Shown: positions 11,066-20,835, counted from the stretch's first letter. The stretch is 64,000 nucleotides of DNA from Pyrodictiaceae archaeon (GCA_027036135.1 JALVSY010000007.1:708880-772879); one strand, 5' to 3'. Program-made: numbers and translations. Notes: a model not told the origin generated them from the letters alone.

Positions 11066-11873
11066 TAGCTTCTTCTCTATCTCCCTCTCTATCTCGCCAG
11101 CTCTCCTCGTGGCCACTCTTACTGCCTCTATGACTGCTGACTTGAAGCCCCGGCCCTCTAGGATGCCTATCGCGGCTATCGTCGTGCCCGCGGGGGTCGT
11201 TACCTCGTCCCTTAGCTCTGCTGGGTGAAGGTCACTGTGCTCTGATAGATACCTAGTAGTAGTCTCTAGTAACTTGGTCACGAGGCTCCTAGCAGTGCTC
11301 CTGGGCAGCCCCACTGCTAGGGACGCTAGGAAGAACGCGTCAAGGAACTCGGCGACAATAGCTGGCCCCGAGCCCGCTACTGCTGTCCAAGCATCCATGA
11401 GTTCCTCGGATATCTCGTAGACCTCGCCGAAGCAGTTAAGCATTCTCCTCACCTCCTCGGCATGCTCGGAGCCCGGTGGAGAATATAGCCCGGTGAGGCT
11501 CTTCCGGATCCTTATGTTGAGGTTCGGCATTGCGCGGTGAATCTCGGCCCCTGGTAGGGCTTCGCGGAGTACTCGGGTAGAGATAGCAGCCATAACTGAG
11601 ACGACCACCTTGCCCGCAACGTCTCCCCGGATGTCCCTCGCTACTGCTGGGAACTGGTAGGGCTTCACAGCCAGGAACACATAGTCGGACTCCCGGACAG
11701 CGCACCTATTACAATTAGTTGCATCGAGCCCCGTCGAGCGGAGACGATTAAGGGTCCCGGGGCTACGCGCCGTCACTTTTACCTCTGCGCCGCACTCCTT
11801 CAGGGAGAGGGCTATCACCGAGCCTACCTTACCGCCACCAATAACAGCTACTCTAGTACCCTGGAAGACTCAT
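11057..11873 (-). CDS. proC: Pyrroline-5-carboxylate reductase (apparent +1 frameshift in codon 5)
   Basis: LAVKP, RAMPN, AGSGPA and VTTPAGTTIAAI motifs. The Rossmann VAVIGGGKVG lies upstream of the track start. The ATG at 11873 is one base out of frame (CCA GGG TAC). Confidence 0.9.
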
Positions 11874-11927
11874 CCCACGATACACCAAGGCACCGAGAGT
11901 GGGGAGAAGGGAGGTATAAAAACATTA

Positions 11928-12953
11928 TTACTCTCTCACATGGATTAGGCCGAGCTTCTTTAAGAGCAATGCGTATTCGAGCCTTGGTCTCGTGTGCCAC
12001 CTGTCCTCAAAGGGATCGTAGAGCTCATACGGGAAGGGGAACACCATTGTCCGGTAGCGCACGTATATGTCTAGGTCACAGCCTTCCCGGATCAATATAT
12101 CCGAGAGGGAACCGCTCATCGTTACCCCAGCCATTGCTCCCAGCTTTGAGTAATAGAGGTATGTTGACTCACCAGTAGCTGCTAACGCGCCGTAGAGAGT
12201 ATCGGTGCAGCGCTTATCCGTGCCAATAAGGGCCTTTACGCCGCTAAGGCCGCTCGAGACGTATACTCTGCCAAGAACATAGGCCTCACTTAGCCTGCGA
12301 TAATAGCGATTAATGTACTTAGGCTTAATACTACCCTGCAATGGCGCTGGCAAGTCCCTTGAGGCAGCTATGTTGATAATATCGCCTATCTTCTTAAGTG
12401 TCAACAAGGGGTCGTGGTCGAGCACTGCTATGAGTACGTGCGCTAGTACTGGTGTACGGAGTTCTAGCTTCTCTATACTAACGAGTTCGTGGAGGTGTTT
12501 ACCCAGCTTGTTAACTAGCTTAGGCTCACGCCTACCGAGACAGTTCTGTACTGGTATCTTCCACCCATAGTAGCCCTCATCGAGCCACTCAACGGGACTA
12601 CCCGGGTCTATCCCGGGCGGTATGAACCATGATATGAAGAGCTGCTTGGAGTTAAGCAGAGAAATAGTATGAATATACCATGGCAGGGGGAGCCCCTGCT
12701 TCTCAAGGAACTCGTTTGAGACTGTTCTCAGACGATGCAATCGTCTCCAGAGGCCTGGGTCGACGCGTTTTACTCCATAGACTACGCCTATGCCCATAGG
12801 CTTGAGGTGCTTGAGGTGGAAACTGCGGAGAGAGGAGCTCTTCTTAATTGTCTCTATGTAGCGGTAGCGAGTAGCAGGTGCAAGGCCCAGGTCGTCTAAG
12901 CGGAAATCATAGCAGCTCAGCTTCACAATGAATTCCTCGAAGCCTGTGCTCAT
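11928..12953 (-). CDS. Hypothetical protein with two HTH-like segments, putative transcriptional regulator
   Basis: LGLAPATRYRYIETIKK near the N-terminus and AVLDHDPLLTLKKIGD...PKYINRYYRRL mid-protein resemble tandem Lrp/AsnC-like wHTH units. Inference from pattern only. Confidence 0.5.
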   Translation of the reverse strand: MSTGFEEFIVKLSCYDFRLDDLGLAPATRYRYIETIKKSSSLRSFHLKHLKPMGIGVVYGVKRVDPGLWRRLHRLRTVSNEFLEKQGLPLPWYIHTISLLNSKQLFISWFIPPGIDPGSPVEWLDEGYYGWKIPVQNCLGRREPKLVNKLGKHLHELVSIEKLELRTPVLAHVLIAVLDHDPLLTLKKIGDIINIAASRDLPAPLQGSIKPKYINRYYRRLSEAYVLGRVYVSSGLSGVKALIGTDKRCTDTLYGALAATGESTYLYYSKLGAMAGVTMSGSLSDILIREGCDLDIYVRYRTMVFPFPYELYDPFEDRWHTRPRLEYALLLKKLGLIHVRE

Positions 12954-13059
12954 TATTCTGTTAACCCTTGTTTGTTCCTGTTATTCCGCCTCATACATGT
13001 TTTGTGAAAATAGCATTGAAAACAGAAAACAATTACTTAACAATAAAGTGGTGAAACAC

Positions 13060-13209
13060 ATGAACACCAAGAAGATAAAGCTCGTACTAGCCCAGCTAGT
13101 ATCAAGGAAAGAGGTACGCATAGCAATACTCGTAGCAGCCTTGCTCCTAGCCAAGAACCTACTACCAAATGCAAAGGCCCGGGACATAGGCGACATACCC
13201 GACGCCTAA
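13060..13209 (+). CDS. 49-aa secreted peptide precursor (MNTKKIKLVLAQLVSRKEVRIAILVAALLLAKNLLPNAKARDIGDIPDA)
   Basis: GGTGA RBS 6 nt before ATG 13060, AT-rich promoter upstream, T-tract downstream. Basic n-region, hydrophobic h-region and AKA cleavage motif. Confidence 0.7.
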   Translation: MNTKKIKLVLAQLVSRKEVRIAILVAALLLAKNLLPNAKARDIGDIPDA

Positions 13210-13215
13210 GAACCT

Positions 13216-13233
13216 GCTTTTAAGTTTTTCTCT
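13216..13233 (+). terminator. Oligo-T archaeal terminator after the peptide gene
   Basis: GCTTTTAAGTTTTTCTCT starting 7 nt after the TAA stop. Confidence 0.5.
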
Positions 13234-13368
13234 AAGCCTCTTCATTAAATTCTTTAACACACCCTATACGCTGGTAACACCCACTACTCCTACCGGGTGT
13301 AAACTATACCCGCATTCCGGGACAAAGCCCTCGGCCTAAGAGCAATACTCAGGGCACACGCTCGCAAA

Positions 13369-13584
13369 ATGTACGGGAAAGAGCTTGAGCAACTCACACG
13401 CCAAGAACTCCACAACCTAGTCTCAACAGTAATGCCTGGCCGAGAGAAACTAGTTGAGAAAATCTACTGGAGCAGCAGAGAAGAGGAAACACTAGCCGAG
13501 CAAATCGAGCCAGGTTCGCTAAAAAATCGAGTACCCTACCCAGCAATAGAGCGGAGAAATAACAAGGCTACACTCTTCATGTAG
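13369..13584 (+). CDS. Small hypothetical protein or gene remnant
   Basis: Protein-like helical sequence. The frame extends about 20 codons upstream without a start codon, so it may be a fragment. Confidence 0.35.
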   Translation: MYGKELEQLTRQELHNLVSTVMPGREKLVEKIYWSSREEETLAEQIEPGSLKNRVPYPAIERRNNKATLFM

Positions 13585-13738
13585 CTAGATATAGCCATAG
13601 CCTCTATTCTACCAGTTAGCTAGCACCTTCTCATCCATGCCCAGAGTTGCTTCCTTAATTATTTCATGTCCTCGAAATATAGTTTTGGTGCTTCAAGGAC
13701 TCGGTAGAGGCTTCAATAACCAGCCTATGTTGTTATCG

Positions 13739-14869
13739 TTAAAGGCTAGGAGGAATGCGCTTGAACAGGCCCCGGGGCCAAGCTATGAAGACGGTTACGA
13801 GTAGCGCTAGTACAAGTAATACTAGTGAGGCTGTGCCGCTTATAGGGAAGCTTATGGCTGCTAGGAATAGGAGGATGTAGTTTAGTGCTGTGTAGCGCCT
13901 TGCTGTCGGTATCCCGAGGATTATCGGAACCATCATTGGCGCGTGTATCAGTATGTGCTGGGTTACGAATCCTATCGTGGTCATGTGTATGAAGATGTAG
14001 AGTAGCTTGTATATATTCGGTGACTTGGAGTACATGAGGCTAGAGGCCAGCACCATTATGACATAGATCGCCGCGAATACGTGGCCTACTAGGAAGTATA
14101 GGTGGCTGCTCCTCGCAGGCCCCCTCTTCATCGCTCTCGTCTTCTCTAGGAAGACTAGGAGCTTATCCATCCTTGCCGCTGGTATGTAGAGGAGCATGGT
14201 TAATGCCAGGGCTAGCGCTCCGAGCGGTGGCCGCCAAGCGTATAGTGCTAGGCTTGCTCCCTGCGCCGCGTAGAGAGCGTAGACCAAGGAGGTTCTTGGC
14301 TTCTCACCGTAAGTGGATGGAAATGAGTGAATAGTTACAGCATAGATACTGGTAACCGCTAGGGCATAGACAAGGCCTAGGTAGTAGGTAAAGAAGCCCC
14401 TAGCCGGGTTAGAAGCCAGCGCATAGATCGCTGAGAGCGTGTAGGCATAGGCGAGCCCAGCTATGCTTAAGCCAACGCTTCCCCGAGGCGCCTCAGCAAC
14501 CGCTATCCATAGGGCTACTGCATACAATGCATAAATCGTTGCAAGAAGAGACCTGGGAGGAAGCCTATCTAGGAGCACAAGTCCCCCGAGGCCTAGACCC
14601 GCTAAGGCAACGATATAGGTAGCAATAACAAGTACTAAGGCTACCTTCTCTGCTCTCTTTGAGCGACGAGTACCCGAGGCCGCATAACTAGTAGCTATAC
14701 CAGCAACAAAGACAGCTAGTACAGTACTGGCCATTAGTGCTGCGTGAAACGCTGTATAGCCGCGAAGGGCCTCCCATAGAGCCTCCGCGAGTAGGAAGAA
14801 GCTGATGTACACTGCGAACGCACTGCTACGATGAACCAGCTTAATCCACGAGGCCAAGATACTCCCCAT
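13739..14869 (-). CDS. Polytopic membrane protein, NnrS-like (nitric-oxide response)
   Basis: About 11-12 TM helices and His motifs IHSFP, GH and IHMTTIGFVTQHILIHAPMMVPIILG, as in NnrS-like proteins. A qNor gene lies 10 kb away. Confidence 0.55.
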   Translation of the reverse strand: MGSILASWIKLVHRSSAFAVYISFFLLAEALWEALRGYTAFHAALMASTVLAVFVAGIATSYAASGTRRSKRAEKVALVLVIATYIVALAGLGLGGLVLLDRLPPRSLLATIYALYAVALWIAVAEAPRGSVGLSIAGLAYAYTLSAIYALASNPARGFFTYYLGLVYALAVTSIYAVTIHSFPSTYGEKPRTSLVYALYAAQGASLALYAWRPPLGALALALTMLLYIPAARMDKLLVFLEKTRAMKRGPARSSHLYFLVGHVFAAIYVIMVLASSLMYSKSPNIYKLLYIFIHMTTIGFVTQHILIHAPMMVPIILGIPTARRYTALNYILLFLAAISFPISGTASLVLLVLALLVTVFIAWPRGLFKRIPPSL

Positions 14870-14943
14870 GATAAAGTATACGTGTCTATACCTAGGGCAT
14901 TATCAAGGCTTCCACATATGCTCCGCGGGGAACCGAAAAAGAC

Positions 14944-15510
14944 CTACATAATATACACCACTATCCTGTCCCGGTACTCAACAACACCTCCCTCCACTAC
15001 ACCGTCCCAGCGATAAAGCAGATAGAACCTCTCAGCATCACCATGGACTAGCCAGAAGTAGAGAGCATTAACCACGTCGGGCGCGCCACCAGCAAGGTTC
15101 GCAGCAGCCATGACGCAGGCTATGCCGCCTAGGATAGAGTACTGGGTGGCTAGGTAGAGTAGGAGAGGCGTTAGTATCTGTGGCGCGAGAGTCACTAAGA
15201 GGTATTGGCTCGGTGTCATGTAATCATAGTCTAGCATGAGGGCTACCAGCTTCCTGTTGAAGAGGAGCCTAGCGCCAGGAACCCGGAGAGCAACCGCTAC
15301 CGCGTAGTGAGTCGCCTCATGCACCGCGACAAGGAGCAGCGCCGCAGCAATGTAGACAAGGAGACTAGCTGGGCACCCGGTAGCCCTATTGAGCAGGTAG
15401 AGCGACTCACAATGATTCGCGAACACGAGAGGCATAGAGACGAGCACTAGTATTGCTAGGAATAACCCGGCGTAGAGGGGCTTAAACCTCGCTATCTCTA
15501 CTCTTTGCAC
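14944..15510 (-). CDS. Membrane zincin metalloprotease (DUF3267/M50-like)
   Basis: VHEATH (HExxH) in a TM segment, LAP, and NLAGGAPD third-ligand motif. Confidence 0.7.
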   Translation of the reverse strand: MQRVEIARFKPLYAGLFLAILVLVSMPLVFANHCESLYLLNRATGCPASLLVYIAAALLLVAVHEATHYAVAVALRVPGARLLFNRKLVALMLDYDYMTPSQYLLVTLAPQILTPLLLYLATQYSILGGIACVMAAANLAGGAPDVVNALYFWLVHGDAERFYLLYRWDGVVEGGVVEYRDRIVVYIM

Positions 15511-16184
15511 CTTCTCAGCATCTCCTCTTGCTTACTGAGCACCTCCTCGGCACTAGCTACTGGGTCTCCGGCTCCTGTTATTAGTCTACCAACTATCTCG
15601 TAGTCAGCTCCGGCGCAGAGGGCCTCGCCTGGCCTTGCTCCCTGGGCACCTATGCCGGGTGATAGTATCTTCACGCCTTGTCCAAGGGTCTTCCTCGTCT
15701 CTCGTATTATTGCTGGCCTCGTAGCTGGGGCGACGACGCCCCATGGTCTCAGCTTGGCTGCTACGCTGAGTATGCTGGGTAGCGCTTTGTCGTAGACCTC
15801 CTCGGCTCCCGGATGACTCATAGAGACTACTATTATCAGTTTCTTGCCCAGGCTGTCCAAGTATTCTTTGAGCTCGTCGAGCGCGCCCCGTACGCCAACG
15901 AAGCCATGGGCTATCACGGCATCAACGCTGCTAGCTACACTTGACGCTACTAGCTTCATCACATGGCCTATATCCGCTAGCTTGAGGTCGGCAATCCATA
16001 GTTTCTCTGGGCAGGCTCCGCGAAGCTCGCTAAGAGACTGTACACCGTTTGCTAAGAGGAATGGGAGACCCACCTTGAACCCAGCTACCCGGGTACATAG
16101 ACTCCTAGTCAGCCCCCTAGCCTCCTCTACGCCGAGACCATCTATCGCAACTATCAGCGTCAATACGAGAGCCCCGCAGCACAC
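15498..16184 (-). CDS. pyrF: Orotidine-5'-phosphate decarboxylase
   Basis: FKVG, DLKLADIG, MSHP, SPGIGAQG and IVGR motifs. Confidence 0.96.
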   Translation of the reverse strand: MCCGALVLTLIVAIDGLGVEEARGLTRSLCTRVAGFKVGLPFLLANGVQSLSELRGACPEKLWIADLKLADIGHVMKLVASSVASSVDAVIAHGFVGVRGALDELKEYLDSLGKKLIIVVSMSHPGAEEVYDKALPSILSVAAKLRPWGVVAPATRPAIIRETRKTLGQGVKILSPGIGAQGARPGEALCAGADYEIVGRLITGAGDPVASAEEVLSKQEEMLRRCKE

Positions 16185-16377
16185 TAAAGCCCAGTACCAG
16201 GATTAAATGATGACCGTCCACAACGCTTCTTCATAGTAATTATTAATAAAATTATCAACATGTGAATGGCGTATGGGGGAAAGTTTCTTGCTGGACTACG
16301 TAATGGAAAAATATTACCCTTAATAGTTGCTTTAATTCGGTCCCTACTTATGCTCGTTACCGGAGGATAGCTGCGCT

Positions 16378-17289
16378 GTGTCTCCTAGCCTGGAGACGAA
16401 GATTGGGGGACTTGTGCTTCGGCACCCAGTTATGAACGCTAGTGGTATTCTCGGCTCCAGTACTGAAGGGTTTGAGAGACTGGTAAGGGCTGGGGTAGCG
16501 GCGCTTGTTACTAAGTCTTTTACACGACTGCCCCGCCGAGGCTACCCTACTCCTATAGCTGTGCCGCTTCCCTATGGGTTGCTGAACGCTGTTGGCCTTA
16601 GCAATCCGGGTGCAGAGGCTCTGCCAGAGCTGTTACGCTATGCTCGGGGGCTCGGTGTCCCGGTTGTAGTAAGTATTGCTGGTAGCGACGAGGAGGAGTT
16701 CGCGGAGGTAGCGGTTGTTGCCGAGGAGAGCGGTGCTAGCGCTGTTGAGCTTAATCTTAGCTGTCCTCATGCGCGGGGAAGGGGCCTAGAGCTAGGCATG
16801 GATCCTGGGAAGGTGAAGAGCATTGTCTCGGCAGTAGCCTCCACGGTAAAGGTGCCGGTGTGGGCCAAGCTGGGTATGAGTGACCGCTTATTGGACTCGG
16901 CAAGCGCCGCGCTAGAGGCTGGTGCAAGAGCCTTGGTACTCATCAATACTATCCGGGCTATGAGGATAGACGTGTGGGCTAAGAAACCAGTGCTTGGTAA
17001 TAGAATTGGAAGTTTATCTGGGCCAGCTATTCACCCCGTGGCTGTACGCGCTGTCTACGAGGTCTATGGCGAGACGGGGGCCGATATAGTAGGAGTTGGT
17101 GGAGTTGAGGACTGGGAGACCGCGGTCGAGTTAGTGCTTGCGGGTGCACGCGCCGTGCAAGTGGGAACAGCCATAGTGACCCGGGGGGAGCAGGTGATAG
17201 CAGAAATCCTTGAGGGTATCAAGAGGTACTTAGAGCTAGTGGGTGCTAGGAGCCTAGAGGAGCTGGTAGGGGCTGCGCACCGAGCCTAG
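16378..17289 (+). CDS. pyrD: Dihydroorotate dehydrogenase (class 1)
   Basis: MNASG, NAVGLSNPG, ELNLSCPH, INT, LSGPAIHP and GVGG motifs. Divergent from pyrF. Confidence 0.95.
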   Translation: MSPSLETKIGGLVLRHPVMNASGILGSSTEGFERLVRAGVAALVTKSFTRLPRRGYPTPIAVPLPYGLLNAVGLSNPGAEALPELLRYARGLGVPVVVSIAGSDEEEFAEVAVVAEESGASAVELNLSCPHARGRGLELGMDPGKVKSIVSAVASTVKVPVWAKLGMSDRLLDSASAALEAGARALVLINTIRAMRIDVWAKKPVLGNRIGSLSGPAIHPVAVRAVYEVYGETGADIVGVGGVEDWETAVELVLAGARAVQVGTAIVTRGEQVIAEILEGIKRYLELVGARSLEELVGAAHRA

Positions 17290-17317
17290 AGAGACCACGG
17301 AATAGGTTTCTGCGGGG

Positions 17318-18376
17318 ATGGATGAAGTAGTGGCTTTGCCAGCTATCATAGAGGTTCTCAAAGAGATACGAGATGCACTAGCATCTACTGCCTTTCGCAA
17401 AGTAATGCGGAACAGGTTTACCCTGGTGGCGCTCTTCTTTGCCTCGATGTGGCTTCTCTCAGCCCTCTTCTTCTACTACGCTGAGCACGTGCACGGCGGC
17501 AGGGATATAGACTTACCTACTTGTCTCTATTGGAGCCTCATAACCATGGCCACTGTTGGCTACGGCGACGTTGTGCCAGAGACGGGGCTCGGTAGACTAG
17601 TTGCCAGTATCACTGCTATCCTCGGCATAGTGGCTTACACGTTAACGGTATCGGTTATAGCTGACGCTTTCCTCGAGAAGGGGATGAGGAGGGCAATGGG
17701 CCTAGCACCGCTTAAGCGGAAAGAAATAATCGTTATAGACAGCGACGAGACCTGCTGGGACCTAGTGGACGAGCTAGTAGCTAACGGGCTAGCAGAGAAG
17801 GTAGGCTGGTTCACCGATAAGCAGCCAGCCACGGAGCCTCCCGTGGACTTCTTCGTCGGAGACCCCATGAGGGCAGAAGATATGAGGAAGGCCGGCGTAG
17901 ACAAGGCGAGACACATAGTCCTATGCCTAAGCGATGACTCGAAAGCCCTACACGTAGCACTATTGGCCAAGAAGCTTAACCATGGAGCCAAGATACACGC
18001 GATAGTGAGGAGCAGCGAGCTAGCCGAGCTCCTACGAGAAGCAGGGGTAGAGACAGTTCTCTCGATAAGGCTCCTAGGCAGGGCACTAGCCTCAGCAATA
18101 TTCGAGCCAAGCGTGGTCAAGTTCATTGATGAAGCGGTCTCGGTTAGGGGGGTCGCGGACGTAACCGAGACCGAGGCCAAGAACCTAGCAGGACTAACGG
18201 TGGCTGAGGCACAGGACAAGCTAAGCAGGCAGGACAAAACCTACCGGTACCAAGTCATAGGCATAATAAGGGAAAGAAAACTAATCCTAGCACCAAGCCT
18301 AAGAGAGAAAATAATGTCAAGCGATAGGCTACTAGTGCTCAGGGTGAGGAAGGACCCGGGTATTGTGGAGCTTTAA
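17318..18376 (+). CDS. Potassium channel with RCK/TrkA domain (MthK-like)
   Basis: Selectivity filter TMATVGYGDVVP, two TM helices and a cytoplasmic RCK domain. Confidence 0.92.
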   Translation: MDEVVALPAIIEVLKEIRDALASTAFRKVMRNRFTLVALFFASMWLLSALFFYYAEHVHGGRDIDLPTCLYWSLITMATVGYGDVVPETGLGRLVASITAILGIVAYTLTVSVIADAFLEKGMRRAMGLAPLKRKEIIVIDSDETCWDLVDELVANGLAEKVGWFTDKQPATEPPVDFFVGDPMRAEDMRKAGVDKARHIVLCLSDDSKALHVALLAKKLNHGAKIHAIVRSSELAELLREAGVETVLSIRLLGRALASAIFEPSVVKFIDEAVSVRGVADVTETEAKNLAGLTVAEAQDKLSRQDKTYRYQVIGIIRERKLILAPSLREKIMSSDRLLVLRVRKDPGIVEL

Positions 18377-18578
18377 GCCCAGCTAAAAAGCCTTGAACAA
18401 TCAAACCAGGTACCACAATCACTTTATCGCGAGAACCAAGGGCGAAGCAACTAAGCTATCCACGCAAGATATTGGGCGGAAACCCCCGGATAGCGTAACA
18501 TCCTTTAAGAGTCTTCTCTTGATTTGGATAAGAAATTAACTTGGCTAGCTATAGTACGAGGATAATTTGGGGAAGCTA

Positions 18579-18781
18579 TTGGCTCGAGTTATAAGGGCTA
18601 GATACATGAGGGGAGTTCTAGAGCTCCTAGATAAAGTTGATTTAGGTGAAGGAGAGATAGTATCCGTAATAATTGAGGAGAAAAAATTATCGAACGGAAT
18701 AGCAGACATAGTTAACAAGATTAGGAAGAACACCCAAAGATTGATGACCCCGTAAAGGTTCTAGAGGAGTTAAGAAAATGA
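18579..18781 (+). CDS. vapB: AF2212/DUF104-like antitoxin (VapB) with a C-terminal frameshift
   Basis: VIRARYMRGVLELLDKVDLGEGEIVSVII family pattern. Adding one C at 18733-18735 restores PKIDDPVKVLEELRK* ending in an ATGA overlap with vapC. Confidence 0.75.
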
Positions 18782-19206
18782 TCGTTGTCGATGTTAGCGT
18801 ATTCGTAGACTCTTTATTTAGCAGCAATCCGGACAGGTATCAGAAGGCAATAGGATTCCTTAAGGCCGTTGATGGCATGCCATTATACGCGCCAAGGATA
18901 TTCAGAGTAGAATTGATTGCTGTGGCACGTAGACTAGGATTTAAAGGTAAACGCCAAGAACTACTAGGCATTGTAGAGAAGCTAAACCTTGTCGAAGAAC
19001 ACGGCATCATCAGCGTCACGGAATATGTGGCTGACCAAATACATCCAAGAGCTGTTGATGCATACTATATAGCCACCGCAATAATAACGAATAGTATCCT
19101 AGTCGCAAATGATAAGCTTATGGTCAAAAATGCGAGAAAGGCGGGAATAGAAGCCTCTTACTTACTTGAGGAATACGACGTCCTATTAAATAGAGTAAAA
19201 GGCTGA
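18778..19206 (+). CDS. vapC: PIN-domain toxin VapC
   Basis: MIVVDVSVFVD, E, RAVDAYYIATA and ANDK carry the four PIN acidic positions. Confidence 0.9.
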   Translation: MIVVDVSVFVDSLFSSNPDRYQKAIGFLKAVDGMPLYAPRIFRVELIAVARRLGFKGKRQELLGIVEKLNLVEEHGIISVTEYVADQIHPRAVDAYYIATAIITNSILVANDKLMVKNARKAGIEASYLLEEYDVLLNRVKG

Positions 19207-19351
19207 AACACGGAAGCTAATCGATTTCATCTATTCCAATCATGTTTGTCACTAGTGAATTTATTTTCCAAGGTCCGGTCTGTATTCATTTAGTATAATT
19301 TTCGTGGCCCCCTGTCAGGCACTAGGATGTTGCAATAGTCCGATGATTTCG

Positions 19352-19744
19352 TTAGGGGTCTATTCCTTTTCGGGAAGCCTTTTCGAGCAATCTTGAAGCT
19401 AGGAGAGCGGCATCACGGTATTTTCTGTTCCTAATTATGTCTCTCACTAGATCCATGTCCACGGCGGCGTATTCATGTACAACAATGTTGCGAAACCCTG
19501 CTATGCGGCGTATAAGCTCGTAGTCCTGCTCTGAGACAAGCCCCTCAATGCGCAGTGACTCCGCTGCCTCTCTAGGCGTTGTCGGCGTGTAGCCTAGCTC
19601 AGCAGCAATCCTCATCACCATATCTAGCAAGGCCTGTGACTGTATCTGGAGCGCGTGAAGCGCTGCCAACTCCTCTACCCAGTTCCTTATCCCATGCTCG
19701 GCAAACCAGTCAAGCCTCGCCGTCATCTCGGCGATAGTGTTCAT
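19352..19744 (-). CDS. DUF86/HepT-type HEPN RNase toxin
   Basis: LQIQSQALLD and GFRNIVVHEY (RxxxxH). The true start may be a few codons upstream. Confidence 0.9.
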   Translation of the reverse strand: MNTIAEMTARLDWFAEHGIRNWVEELAALHALQIQSQALLDMVMRIAAELGYTPTTPREAAESLRIEGLVSEQDYELIRRIAGFRNIVVHEYAAVDMDLVRDIIRNRKYRDAALLASRLLEKASRKGIDP

Positions 19745-19748
19745 GAGC

Positions 19749-20195
19749 CTAGCTAGGACTCCCAGGGCCCCATCTCCTCCTAGCAGCCATTACACCGGTC
19801 TCAATTACGTGGAGCCTCTTTATAACCAACTCGTAGTCACTACAAACCATTACGCGGAGCAACAGCCATCTCCTAGCCCGCCCCCTCTCCTCCTCGTAGA
19901 CTAGGATCCCGTGCCTCCAGGCACTATGTATTATCGGGCACGGCGTATCATTGCTCGCCTCCACTACATCAACCCTGGCCCAATCAACACCAAGAACTTC
20001 TCCCACCTCGATACTTATCCTCAGCCTCCACTCAGCACCACCTCTTCCTCGAGGCTTAACAAGCAGATCAACATCCTCTCCAACACCCCTATAAGCAAGA
20101 CTACCAAACAACACAACCCATTCAACACCAAGCTTAGCCCAGTTAACCCTCCTTAGAGCACTCATTACCTCCTCGCGCCCAAGCATACCAGTCAC
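19749..20195 (-). CDS. MNT (minimal nucleotidyltransferase) antitoxin
   Basis: LFGSLAYRG..DVDLLV and VDVV. Directly upstream of the HEPN gene. Confidence 0.88.
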   Translation of the reverse strand: MTGMLGREEVMSALRRVNWAKLGVEWVVLFGSLAYRGVGEDVDLLVKPRGRGGAEWRLRISIEVGEVLGVDWARVDVVEASNDTPCPIIHSAWRHGILVYEEERGRARRWLLLRVMVCSDYELVIKRLHVIETGVMAARRRWGPGSPS

Positions 20196-20514
20196 AAACC
20201 GTTACCTCCCCAACAACTTGCCATTACGTATATACTCCCATTAACAGAGGCACGAGCAATAGTCCACGCCAGGAATAGATAGACAAAAACGAGAACTAGT
20301 AAACACCTTTTCTACGCACCTTCAAGGAACCATCATCCCCTTGTGCCTGCTTCTTAGCCCTCTAGCAAGCTTTCGGCATTAAGGCCCTTGAGCCTACTAC
20401 ATAGAGTCCCGAAGCTCGTTACTGATCCGACAAATCTAGGCCTAAGCTCCATGATGCTAGGGGTAGGATTCTCGCAGCGATCATGATGGCAACGAGGCAC
20501 GACAATATGAGGTT

Positions 20515-20835
20515 TCAACCGAGATTGGGAGATAGGTAGTACCACTTATCCTTCTCCTCTACTAGCTCTATGTGTACGTCTTCGTAGTCCGGTATTCCTG
20601 CTTTCTCTAGTATCCATGCCTTTATTTTCCCTCTCTCGAGCATGGATCTTGGCAGCTTCTTGCATACGACCAGTATATCTACATCGCTTGCAGGCACCGC
20701 CCTACCTTTAGCCCAACTACCGGTGAGATATGCTCTGCAGCCTAGAGACTCTACAACATTCCTTACGCGCTCGAAAACCTCGAGAGGATCAAGCTTTCTA
20801 GCCAGAAGCTTTACGACTCTTTCTGGCTTCAACAA
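20515..20835 (-). CDS. MNT nucleotidyltransferase domain protein
   Basis: LTGSWAKGRAVPASDVDILVV. Overlaps the upstream HEPN gene. Confidence 0.88.
   Translation of the reverse strand: MLKPERVVKLLARKLDPLEVFERVRNVVESLGCRAYLTGSWAKGRAVPASDVDILVVCKKLPRSMLERGKIKAWILEKAGIPDYEDVHIELVEEKDKWYYLSPNLG

Noticed and set aside
12961-12974. TTAACCCTTGTTTG, a partial match to TTAAC-N4-GTTAA
   Set aside because: Two mismatches in one arm within AT-rich DNA, which is not enough to add it to the proposed regulon.
16205-16270. ATGATGA (box C) in the pyrF/pyrD spacer
   Set aside because: No D box (CTGA) at a suitable distance, and the region is an AT-rich divergent promoter.
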